A stretch of 64,000 nucleotides of DNA, taken from contig JAQGDQ010000042.1 of NCBI GenBank assembly GCA_030141605.1, positions 248,001 to 312,000 on the forward strand, read 5' to 3'. The notes under the pieces are model-generated. The model was not told where the DNA came from and searched no databases. It saw nothing but the letters and a program-made list of their open reading frames with translations. Within the stretch, counting starts at the first letter, position 1; every line of letters begins with the position of its first letter. Origin of the DNA: Tubiluchus corallicola (lineage: Eukaryota > Animalia > Priapulida). The position numbers and the translations under genes were made by a program. Shown piece by piece: positions 54,501 to 62,956 of the stretch.

Positions 54501-57500
54501 ATACAATGAAGAATGAATAGTAAGAATGGAGACAGAATTCAAACCACTGTCTTGTTTTGTTTTTAGGTTTATAGCATTTGGTAAAGCTTGGATGCTGAAA
54601 TCAATCAAAGAAAACACAAAACCTAGATCACATGACCACAAAGTAGCTGCTGTAAAAGCTGGTAAACATTAGATAGTTAAAAATTGCCAAACATTAAATC
54701 ATAGTAAAAGCAGTCTTGCCATTAGATGCCTGTCTTAAATCTAATTAATCTATCCCTCATGGTTCTGTGATAGAGAAATGATTTTGTTTATCAATTAAGC
54801 TGGCTGAATTTTTAGCACTCTGTATGACTACCATTTATAACTAGCATTTGAGAATTGGAAATGTGTACTTGTTCTTCATTTTCTTAGTCCCCACTATTTC
54901 ACATCGCTTTTGTGAATTGAAAAAATGACCTAGCATTCTTAATGTGTACTTTCAGTGTACAAATATTTTATTTAATTATTGTCAATGGACTAAATGGGAA
55001 AGAGAGCCAGGTTATGACTTTTTTGTGTCCCTTCAGGTTTAGCCACCCCCAAACTTGCCGGCACCCCGTCTTGAATAAACTTATTTCAAATTCTTTAAAT
55101 TAGCTAGAATAGCTATCTTTTGTTTGTCAGTAAGAAATACCACCATTTTACTATTTATCTAAAACCAAATTTCACTACAACGATAGTGAAAAAAGCAGAT
55201 TTTTTAACCAAATGTTATTAAAGCTTGAGGGGCCCTAGGCTGCAGCCTATTCTAGCCTTTAGGATGACCCAGCTCTGACTGGGAATGGAATCAAGACATG
55301 TTTCAAACATTTTATATCACTTTTGTAGAGGGTTGTCCTACTTTACTTGTTGTTGACTGTTTTTTGACAAATAATTGTGTATCTTTCAGTTGTAGCTGCA
55401 GGTAACCGAATAGACAGTATAGCTTGTGAAGTACTAGCTGACGGAGAAGTTAGATTGAAAACCCAAAATAATAAAGATGTAGAACGAGGCAGGGATGAAT
55501 TAGATAATCTACCTAACAACATAAAGAAAGGTGGGTTAAACGAGATATTCTGCACAATTTTTGTAAAAAAAATTAGTTCCCACGTTTAATTTTTTTTACG
55601 ATTGTTAAATGTTGAAACAAAAAACTTATCTGACAGAATGAAAACAGAAAACTGAATTTGTTTGGTTGGTGAGCCATAAAGATTGAATTAGGACCTGTTG
55701 TATCAAAAGTATTTTCGTCTTGTATCAAAAGTAAGTAAGTAAGTAAAGATATTTTATTTTTATAAGAAACTTTCCATTCTCCATGTGTACTTTACAATAA
55801 TTAGTATAAATTGAGAACCAAACAAGCAAATTTACATTTCAATTTAAAATACAGCTGCTGATAAATACAATTCATCAAATAAAAACTTTAACCAAGACAG
55901 AGCCTTGGGTATAAAATGTGAATAAAACAGAGAAAAATTTTTGTGTTAAATAAATTTAAAATGAAATTGAAACAAAAAAAAGCTGTAAAAGATAAAATAT
56001 TAATGGTGATCTGCATTTAAAACACTTCTATTGGTAAAAGTATTAGTTGCCCTTTTTTCTTTAATTTTAAAAAAGGTCTGTCATTCATATCCAGGCTATG
56101 TCCCAACTTTTTATAATTCTGTTGACTAACTGTTTCATAATTTCATAGTTCGGTATTTGTTTAGTTATTTCGGAGAAATTTGGTTTAAAATTTGCTATGA
56201 TTCCAATTGTGACATTTCACTTGTATTGCATAATTCACATATGCCGTTGTAATATTATAACACTGTGCATACAAAATACTCTGTACCTCAATTTTTGCAC
56301 CTGTTATTGAACTTAATATTCACTGATACCATTTTATTAACACTAGAAGGACCAAAAAAGTTTACTACTTAGAAGAAGAACGTGCATGCGTCAGTTGACC
56401 CAATCATAGTTTTTATTCCTATATAAAAATAAAACTGGCAGTTATCAGTCAGATTTCATTGAAATTCAATAATACATCAGAAAATTAATTGCATTCTTGT
56501 TTTATTAAAGCAGTTTATACAGTACAAATATAATGACTCATCTAATGGCTGAATTCGCAGTGCTTCGAGAACCTGCATTGAGGCAAGCCGTCTGATGGCC
56601 ATCCTGAGTGCAATCAGTCAAGAAAGTATAGACCACAACTTTTTGCTGATTTACACTCGCATTGACTTCTACGATCTCAGTACATTGTGACGATTTACAG
56701 TATGATGTACAATATGTATTGGCATCAATTGATGCAGATGGTCCTTCTAGGTAGCCAATTTTTAAAAAAAGGTTGAAGTAACATTTCAAACCTGAAGTTC
56801 TGTGCAATAGTAGTTAGCACTAAACTACGAAGCTAAACTAGGTAAACTAACAGAAAATAGGAACATATCCTCCAGAGATTCCAGACATACACACACAAAA
56901 AATTACATCAATTGACGCACCCAGTCCTAATGCTAAAGACGTAAATCTGAAGTTAGTCAATGATGTGTAACGTACAATGAAGTAGTCTTTTTAAGATCAC
57001 ACTTTAGCTTTTCTTGTTCCAGAAGGTTGGCCAGTCAATAACGTCAATGCAACATGTGTGCAATTAAATGAAAAGAAAGCTGTGATAACTACACAACCTG
57101 AGCTACCCAAAGACCTTGAAAAGGTATTTGTTTAGTTCTGCACAGTTACATACATTTCGCCATTTGCTAGTTAGACGGACACTATATATATATATATATA
57201 TATTGCTTGCATTTTGAAAATGCGTTGCACAAAAAACACTTGCTGTACCTCTTATTTCAGTGGGGTTCATTTGTGATGTATTGTACAAGTTTGAAATTTG
57301 TGATGTACTGTACAAGCTCAGGCGTGAGCACTGTGATAAATATGAAATTCGAATTTTTGTCTTAAAATTTGCCGAGTTTTAGTACAGCACACTGAATCTC
57401 TTACAGTACCACTGTACTTCGATCTTCGCTTTCGCAAACATGAGCAGCACGCTCGTGGAATGTTTGCGCTGTTGAAAATTATTTTCGGTTGTGATATCAT

Positions 57501-60500
57501 CAGTAATTGAGCTTGTCTGCCTTTAATTAAGATTTTAAAGTATTATTTAATTATAAGAAACACTTCTGCAGTATTATTGGTGTTAAAATGTATACTTTTT
57601 ACCATAGTAAAAACGGGGTAGGATATGAAAAATCATTCTGTGTTCCCTTAACAGATTGTAATTATTAATGCTAGCATCTCCTTTCTTTTTCTAGGGTGAT
57701 GGGCCTGTGGCTAACAGTCAAGACATTGCTATGGCTGATGACAATAAAAGCCTTAAGTCAAAATCAAACTCGTGCCAATCAAAAGAGGAACTGGAAGGTA
57801 GTCAAGAGCACCTCCATTCTCCTGCTCCCTCTCCTAGCATTGGTTCCATGGAGAAGACTGACAAAGAGTCGATCATCAGCGGAGAAGCTGGAGAGGGTGA
57901 GGAAGAGGAAGACGAGGAAGAAGAAGCTGAACCAGAAGATTGCTTTCCACCCAGCTGTGTTGCCAGGTAAACAGACATACTAAAAATGAAGTATGATATC
58001 AGAATGGTTATAAAAAGACAATTTCTTACAAGAACCTTTTCAAGTTATATTCTTATATATATTATATATTATGCGTTTTATATGTTATATGTTTTACTAA
58101 TACACCATTTAATCTGCACAGAACAGAGTCGGTTTGTGTCAAAGTGGTTCAGTAAGGGCAAGCTCTTGTTAGTGTGTGAATGTTTTAGGCTTCAATAATT
58201 TTCTTGGGGTATGGCAAAAACTGCCCAAAATTCTGCCACAGTTTGTATCTATGCACCGTAGTTGCCCAATGCAGAGGAATAACACAGAAGAGATAAAAGC
58301 CCATTTATTGTCTGATAATTTGATAGGCTTGGCAGTTGGCAGAGAGCGGTAGGTGCAATTATTTGTATTAGTATTTGGTTTGACACATTTGGTGTTTGCT
58401 TTTAACCACAACTAGCCATTTTTATCTGTAAAATTTATATCTGTGCTGTATATATGTTTTGTCATGGTTTCATATTTTATACTTTCTTGTAAATATTTTT
58501 AATATTTTTTAATAAAGATTATGTATTAAACTAAACTAATCTAAACTATGACTTGGCAGTAAATCAGGCTCACAAAATCCAGACTCCAGTTTAGAAAACA
58601 AGCACCCTGCTACTTTGGCTATTCCTGCAATGCATCCAGTTCATGTAGTATTGCATAAACTGCAAAAAGGTACCAACGTGCCATCTACACTACAAAAGAT
58701 CTGTGTCTTTACTAAGACTGTTTGTTTTCATTTCACGAAAGTTGATTCGTTTTTATCTGGGAGTTTTTTATGTTTGTTGTGCATTTTTGTTTGTTAGCCA
58801 GGCATATACGGTTGAGAATGTTGATTAAGATACCTACATGTTTAGATTGAGATGTTACTGAGGTCCTGTGTGTTGTGGTTTTCTCGTGATTGTATAGTGT
58901 TGACTGAGTTAACACAAGTAAAACTCTTAATGGCTGAAGTCAACAGAAACAACTTGAATTACAGGTCTGAGTCTCACCGTTTTGTTTATTCCAAACATCT
59001 GGGTTGCGATACTCCAAAACTAAGGTACACAAATGGTTATGGTTCCTGTATGCCAGATATGTCAAACCACAGAAGCAGTTTAGAAGTCTCTGCTCGCCTC
59101 CTTTCTTGAGCATGTTGAGTGTTAGTATTTCGCTCTCTGCCTCACCTCTTGTTTTTTGAAAAACAGCTACAATGCATCACTAACTCCAGGAAGCAGAGAA
59201 AAACTCGGTGAATGTTTCCTGCAATTGTGATGCTTAGCACCAGCCCTCGTTAGGAACAAGGAATTATTCTCACAGGAAAAAGCTTGAATACAAAATTGAA
59301 ATATACCAGGTTGTAGAAAAAAAATCAATAACCCTATAATATGGAGAACGACTTCATCATATATGTGAATTAATGTATTGGTTTCGTTTTACCATTTTTT
59401 TAGATGATTCTGAAAACTCTATTGATACCAACCAGCAATAAGAAAATAGACTTTAAAGTTTTGTGTAATATGAATATCAGCAAACTTCTTTTACAAATGT
59501 TGTTACTTGAAGATCATAGTGTTGAGTAGAGAAACTGCTTCACTGTGTTTGTGTAAAACTACTTTCATGGAATTTTTGCAGGTCAGCTTGTTGTCAGGTA
59601 GATATGGAAAAGCCGGGATGGGCTAGATGGTGGAAACTTAGGAAGCGAATGAATTGGTTGTGTGAACACAAATACTTCGAAACTTTCATCATAGTTTGCA
59701 TTTTGTTTAGCAGCTCGGCACTGGTACACACATTTTTTCTTTTACCCTTTGCAGTGTTTTGTCTGGTCCCTTCTCTGTTCACTTTAATTAAATATATTGG
59801 AAGGAGTCTACAATTCCCTACACAATTTAAATATCCTAACCCTAATCCTAATACATTTTATTGTATATTTCAGAACATTATTTAACAATTTCTGATAAAA
59901 ATAAGGGATAAGGACTAATCTGCAAATTTTTTACTTTTCTGAAGTATTTTTGTATCTTTATTTACTATACATTACTTTTTCAACAACTCATAAGACTTTG
60001 CAGAGTTTACTGTAATTGAAGTGAGAATAGGATTAAAATAACTGATTTATATCTAAATTAAAATTTCAGGCAATAGAAGACATCTACCTTCGTGAACGAC
60101 CAGGACTAGCACTATTTCTTTACATTGCCGACAAATTCTTCACAATTGTTTTTGCTTTGGAAATGTTTATCAAATGGTTTGCTTTCGGTTTTTCCAAATA
60201 TTTCACTGACGCTTGGTGTTGGTTAGACTTCTGTATAGTAACGGTGAGTTCATTGTACAGTAGGCACTTTTTATTAGACTCACGGTTAATAGATTTATTC
60301 ACTTAATTGACTCAAGAACACCTGGACGGGCCTATTCAAATGTACATAAAAACCGCCGGTGATTGGCTTAGATTACTCCTCATAATTCACTCAATATTTT
60401 CCTTCACATACTTAAAATAAGATACTTGTGTGTACCCAAAGAACTTTTGCTGCTTTAATGTCATCTTTGCATCGATTTTGTGCACTATAATATACGTAGA

Positions 60501-62956
60501 AACAGTCACATGAAATACAGCTTTGTTTGTAAGTAGGTACAGTATTTTTATCATACGAGCTAATATGCTAGGGTAGCGGTTTTGCTTTGAATCTGTCACC
60601 CATTTATCGGCTGCAATTAACCTCATTGTTTCTGGAAGCTAAACACTTAATCACTTGCCCAGCAGTTTGCTTTTGAAGCTCCTGCTGCTTTCCACAGGGT
60701 CATTACCAACTACAGCTCAAGCCCTAGGTGTTTTGTGTGAATATGTGCAGCCTACAGTAACAGATTTTCAATGTTTTTATCCCTATGAGAATTTCGTAAA
60801 CTAACAGCTTCATGAATAAACGAAGCAACCGACTGTGCATGTATTGTAATTTTTAATGGTAATGATCAGGTTTTTGCAATTTTTTTCTTCTTCGTTAATT
60901 CACTTATATAAATTACACTTCTTAAATAATAGCACATAGGTAATTTTGACATTAATTCATTTCTAAAATTCATTTAAAGCCTTTGCAATGCATCCTAGAC
61001 TGATGAGTGATGACTCATACTTGTTTAGTAGTAATATACCAAATCCTTCGGCTAATTGACTCAGTCGGCTAGTTGGGTCAAAACACTTCCATCCCAAAGT
61101 GAGTCTATTGAGCTGCGCCTACTGTTTATTATTTAAAATCGAAATGTTTTGTTGAAGTAAGTTTATTTTTTAATTATTACATGAGTTCATCAAACAGTAA
61201 TTTTTCCCATAAGTTTTATGTTTATAGCTGGTTGAGCTCAAACTTAATTTATGCAATAATGAATACTCAAAAGTTGAAGCATATGTATACGTAGAGACTC
61301 AAATGTGCTTAGTGGAGCGCACTGCCTCGGTGTTATAAGTTGAACAAATCCACAGTTATTTGCATGTAGTTCAGTGAGTAAAATGGTTTTGCAACAGAAA
61401 AAGCTTAAAAGTAGGAATGAATGAACTTCATTTGCACTTTTTACAAAGTAATAATGTACAAATAAATAGTAAAAAGTTAAAAGTGCTGGAGCAATCAGTG
61501 CTAACAAGGCACAAAAAAACTGATGCACAAAATCACAATTACTTTCAACTTTACCACAACAACATAGGAGCCCCTACAGGTTAGTATAATAAAAGCGTGG
61601 ATCATCTAAAACTTTATCAAATTAACCGATAAGCAGAAAAAAACACTTGGGTGATAATTTATAAATCAGCCATACAGATAAACCATATAAATTGTTAGTG
61701 ACTATTGTAAAATAAATATTTACAAATTGTATGAGCATTGTATGCTCTTCTGCATTGCAGCACAAGTTTACCTTCAGAAAGGAATCCTTGAAAACAGTTG
61801 GTCATTCATAGCCTTAATATTGTGGCACACAATTGATGAATGTTGCTCTCTATGCATCCATAACAATATAATGCCTTTTCTAAATCCTTTACTGTATAAA
61901 AAAATAATGAAAAACATTGCCATCATTAATTAAGTTTTAGTGCAGTTGGATGAAGTGTTTCAGTGCCTGTTATTGTACAAATTATCTCAGTTTTTTAACT
62001 TTTAAAGGAGAAGACCATCATTCGTTAAGGTCTATGGGTTAAGTATTTAACATTTTCCTATGTTTTTAACCATTTCCTTCCACAGAATATAAAACTCATT
62101 CAATTCTATTGTTTCACCATGTTTTTTTTGTCAAAATTGAAAAAATGAAACGTTGCAGTCTCTCATTAGGTAGAAAACTCGTGCTTACCACAGTCATTCA
62201 AAAGGAATCCACACTGCAGGAAAATATCATTCTTCTTGTTAACTTATAGTATTTAATATTTATTCTTCTCTTTAATTCATTCACAGATTTTTCATTGATT
62301 GATTGTGCTGTTCATCGCTTTTTAGGTAAAGAATATTTTGTGAAATTCAAAGTGTTTTAAAACCGTAATGATACATTGAAATGCCTTATTCATGCATTTA
62401 GTGTGTTCTGTGATTGAGCTCTTTGGAATGTCATTAAAATGGAATCTACTAAGATAATACCACACTCTAGATAGAATAGGAAACTGCACAAAAGGTTTTC
62501 TATTCTCGGGAAAAGGTTTATTGTTTTAATAATTTTGTCATGTTCACTGCTTTCTCTGCTTTTTTATTGAAGACATATTCTTCTTCCTGAAGGCAATTAA
62601 CTCATGGTTCTCTGACTGAGCAAACCATTCACATTTTCTAGATATCGTTCGTTAATATCATCGCTGAAATACTCGGGGCAGGCAACATCTCGGCGTTCCG
62701 GTCGATGAGGACATTGCGTGCCCTGCGTCCGCTTCGAGCGGTGTCTCGGTGGGATGGAATGAAGGTACGGCATGGTGGACAAATTTTTCATTAAACATCT
62801 TTTATTTTAGTTGTTTTTTGAATTTTTTTACAGATATCTTTTATTAATCTCCTCGCTGAAGGTTTAGGTCTTGGTAACATTGCTGCCTTTCGCTCAATGA
62901 GGACGCTACGCGCCCTTCGTCCTTTACGTGCTGTTTCACGTTGGGAAGGAATGAAG
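26787..62956 (+). CDS. para: Voltage-gated sodium channel alpha subunit (Nav1/para-like), multi-exon gene, 3'-partial (N-terminus through DIII S4)
   Basis: Exons join in phase (4125 nt = 1375 codons using the short exon-1 donor, exon 47047-47164 and one DIII S3-S4 exon). Hallmark motifs: [100 protein letters not shown]. The DI-DII linker has para-like [10 protein letters not shown] and DRQPLVV...PYAD. The DIII K of DEKA lies outside the window. Confidence 0.96.
27074..27110 (+). promoter_or_regulatory. Rbfox-type splicing element cluster: TGCATG x3 plus GCATG
   Basis: TGCATG at 27081, 27088 and 27105 and GCATG at 27074, at the distal exon-1 donor. Confidence 0.55.
30178..30306 (+). CDS. para: Nav exon 2 ([16 protein letters not shown]...[15 protein letters not shown])
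   Basis: tag/ acceptor, TAT/GTAAGT donor, 129 nt phase 0-0; conserved PDxxLxxGxxLP and PxEEIDxYY motifs. Confidence 0.92.
30522..30640 (+). CDS. para: Nav exon 3 ([40 protein letters not shown])
   Basis: cag/ acceptor after a T-tract; ends at U12 donor /ATATCCTTT; conserved TFVVxxK and FRFSA motifs. Confidence 0.95.
30641..33333 (+). other. U12-type (minor spliceosome) AT-AC intron
   Basis: 5' ATATCCTTT; branch-point-like TTCTTTAAC at 33314-33322; 3' end TTTAC. Joining restores the CC|A Pro codon and the DI S1 frame. Confidence 0.93.
31040..31160 (-). mobile_element. Possible tRNA-derived SINE head fragment
   Basis: B-box-like GTTCGAATCCC on the minus strand (~31118-31128); a similar GGTTCGAGTCCC sits on the plus strand at ~16206. 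No complete cloverleaf seen. Confidence 0.3.
33334..33414 (+). CDS. para: Nav exon 4, DI S1 ([27 protein letters not shown])
   Basis: Follows the AC acceptor; donor GA/GTAAGT; 81 nt phase 2-2; TILxNCxFM motif. Confidence 0.94.
33548..34179 (+). mobile_element. hAT-like MITE, copy 1
   Basis: TIR TAGGGATGTTA...TAACATCCCTA; flanking direct repeat ccagaag (7-8 nt TSD); subterminal tatcg repeats. Confidence 0.8.
34507..34818 (+). mobile_element. Short hAT-like MITE (cagggccagatta... termini); inverted relative copy at ~55002-55277
   Basis: Shared ggctaatataggctgcaggctagggc and aaggtcataatccagcc blocks in reverse complement. Confidence 0.5.
35101..35229 (+). CDS. para: Nav exon 5, DI S2-S3 ([20 protein letters not shown]...[16 protein letters not shown])
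   Basis: ctag/ acceptor, GC/GTAAGT donor, 129 nt. Confidence 0.96.
35447..35541 (+). CDS. para: Nav exon 6, DI S3-S4 ([32 protein letters not shown])
   Basis: cag/ acceptor, G/GTAAGT donor, 95 nt; S4 with R/K at every third residue. Confidence 0.96.
36764..37126 (+). mobile_element. MITE with agccttttcacagtt TIRs, copy 1
   Basis: TIR-bounded; internal tacacttgacattgccttgcag and tgtaatagtaac shared with 52816-53191. Confidence 0.7.
38007..38222 (+). CDS. para: Nav exon 7, DI S4-S5 linker and S5 ([22 protein letters not shown]...LRQKCV...)
   Basis: tag/ acceptor, A/GTAAGT donor, 216 nt phase 1-1. Confidence 0.96.
38234..38930 (-). mobile_element. hAT-like MITE, copy 2, inverted relative to copy 1
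   Basis: TAGGGACGTTA...TAACATCTCTA; TSD agtatagc/agtgtaac (6/8); internal sequence is the reverse complement of 33548-34179. Confidence 0.78.
39406..39469 (+). CDS. para: Nav exon 8, DI extracellular loop ([21 protein letters not shown])
   Basis: tgcag/ acceptor, GG/GTAAGA donor, 64 nt; CGNxSxG motif. Confidence 0.92.
39969..40113 (+). CDS. para: Nav exon 9, DI pore loop ([10 protein letters not shown]...[10 protein letters not shown]...[15 protein letters not shown])
   Basis: ctag/ acceptor, CTG/GTACGT donor; selectivity-filter Asp codon at 40087-40089. Confidence 0.97.
40796..40960 (+). CDS. para: Nav exon 10, DI S6 ([40 protein letters not shown]...)
   Basis: ttcag/ acceptor, CAG/GTAATT donor, 165 nt phase 0-0. 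Confidence 0.96.
41215..41223 (+). CDS. para: Candidate 9-nt microexon (EVA) in the DI-DII linker
   Basis: Long pyrimidine tract with TGC, then ctag/GAAGTTGCG/GTAAGG; symmetric phase 0, matching the flanking exons. Confidence 0.6.
42046..42297 (+). CDS. para: Nav exon 11, DI-DII linker ([10 protein letters not shown]...[19 protein letters not shown]...GRK)
   Basis: cgcag/ acceptor, AAG/GTAAGA donor, 252 nt; resembles the arthropod para KSPxxxSxxSYELFVG motif. Confidence 0.92.
42401..42456. repeat. Near-perfect inverted repeat (hairpin 1) centred on a CA/TG microsatellite
   Basis: aaaactgttactcacacaca... / ...tgtgtgtgagtaacagtttt. Confidence 0.92.
42484..42663. repeat. Inverted repeat (hairpin 2), ~57-nt arms around a (TG)n(TGCG)n loop
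   Basis: Arms differ only by a 2-nt indel and two G:T positions. Confidence 0.92.
44286..44693 (+). CDS. para: Nav exon 12, DI-DII linker ([25 protein letters not shown]...DRQPLVV...FPYAD...KDKKNN)
   Basis: ttcag/ acceptor, AAT/GTAAGA donor, 408 nt phase 0-0; PKA-type RRGS site. Confidence 0.9.
47047..47164 (+). CDS. para: Probable DI-DII linker exon ([39 protein letters not shown]), phase 0 to 1
   Basis: tttag/ acceptor, AAG/GTAACT donor, 118 nt. A 0-to-1 phase exon is required between 44693 and 49162. Confidence 0.62.
49162..49433 (+). CDS. para: Nav exon, DII S1 (...WECSPCF...[24 protein letters not shown]...GNK)
   Basis: acag/ acceptor phase 1, AAA/GTAAGT donor. Confidence 0.95.
50588..50761 (+). 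CDS. para: Nav exon, DII S2-S4 start ([19 protein letters not shown]...WNCFD...[10 protein letters not shown])
   Basis: ttcag/ acceptor, TTG/GTGAGT donor, 174 nt. Confidence 0.96.
51016..51180 (+). CDS. para: Nav exon, DII S4-S5 ([55 protein letters not shown])
   Basis: ttcag/ acceptor, TAC/GTAAGT donor, 165 nt. Confidence 0.96.
51527..52130 (+). mobile_element. Kolobok-like MITE, intact ends
   Basis: TTAA|AGGGAAACCGGA ... TCCTGTTTTCCT|TTAA: TTAA TSD with purine-purine termini. Confidence 0.72.
52342..52533 (+). CDS. para: Nav exon, DII pore and S6 start ([30 protein letters not shown]...GNLV)
   Basis: ttcag/ acceptor, GTA/GTAAGT donor; selectivity-filter Glu codon at 52441-52443. Confidence 0.97.
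52816..53191 (+). mobile_element. MITE with taagccttttcacagtt TIRs, copy 2
   Basis: 17-nt perfect TIR (taagccttttcacagtt / aactgtgaaaaggctta). Confidence 0.75.
53230..53342 (+). CDS. para: Nav exon, DII S6 end ([16 protein letters not shown]...[14 protein letters not shown])
   Basis: ctag/ acceptor, AG/GTAACG donor, 113 nt. Confidence 0.96.
54567..54661 (+). CDS. para: Nav exon, DII-DIII linker ([31 protein letters not shown])
   Basis: ttttag/ acceptor phase 2, G/GTAAAC donor phase 1; continues the RIxRF motif. Confidence 0.85.
55390..55530 (+). CDS. para: Nav exon, DII-DIII linker ([24 protein letters not shown]...NNIKK), symmetric phase 1, possibly optional
   Basis: ttcag/ acceptor, AAG/GTGGGT donor, 141 nt open frame. 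Confidence 0.75.
56341..56932. mobile_element. Possible piggyBac-like MITE
   Basis: ttaa|cactagaaggacc left end; subterminal gcgtcagttgac / tcaattgacgc inverted pair; degenerate right end. Confidence 0.35.
57023..57123 (+). CDS. para: Nav exon, DII-DIII linker ([34 protein letters not shown]), phase 1 to 0
   Basis: ttccag/ acceptor (NAGNAG cag aag), AAG/GTATTT donor; supplies the phase shift needed before 57695. Confidence 0.8.
57200..57647 (+). mobile_element. Kolobok-like MITE, 5'-truncated copy
   Basis: Strong similarity to 51700-52130; ends ttctgtgttccc|ttaa. Confidence 0.65.
57695..57966 (+). CDS. para: Nav exon, DII-DIII linker end (GDGPVANS...[18 protein letters not shown])
   Basis: ctag/ acceptor, AG/GTAAAC donor; conserved PEDCFPxxC motif. 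Confidence 0.92.
59582..59723 (+). CDS. para: Nav exon, DIII S1 (SACCQVD...WWKLRK...[20 protein letters not shown])
   Basis: tgcag/ acceptor phase 2, CTG/GTACAC donor. Confidence 0.94.
60070..60243 (+). CDS. para: Nav exon, DIII S2-S3 (AIEDIYL...[16 protein letters not shown]...[15 protein letters not shown])
   Basis: ttcag/ acceptor, ACG/GTGAGT donor, 174 nt. Confidence 0.96.
62287..62325 (+). other. Candidate stop-containing (poison) exon, or relic third copy of the DIII S3-S4 exon
   Basis: Pyrimidine tract + tcacag/ATT TTT CAT TGA...TTTAG/GTAAAG. A shifted frame reads ISLID, like the start of the two functional copies. Confidence 0.4.
62642..62764 (+). CDS. para: Mutually exclusive DIII S3-S4 exon A ([41 protein letters not shown])
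   Basis: ctag/ acceptor, AAG/GTACGG donor, 123 nt phase 0-0. Confidence 0.95.
62834..62956 (+). CDS. para: Mutually exclusive DIII S3-S4 exon B ([41 protein letters not shown])
   Basis: tacag/ acceptor, AAG/GTAGGG donor, 123 nt; 34/41 aa identical to exon A and 69 nt downstream of it. Confidence 0.95.

Noticed and set aside
54567-57966. Ankyrin-G binding motif (VPIAxxESD) in the DII-DIII linker
   Set aside because: Not present, consistent with a non-chordate Nav1.
62597-62791. Antisense 64-aa ORF over exon A, and other minus-strand ORFs over Nav exons
   Set aside because: Shadow ORFs of the coding exons.
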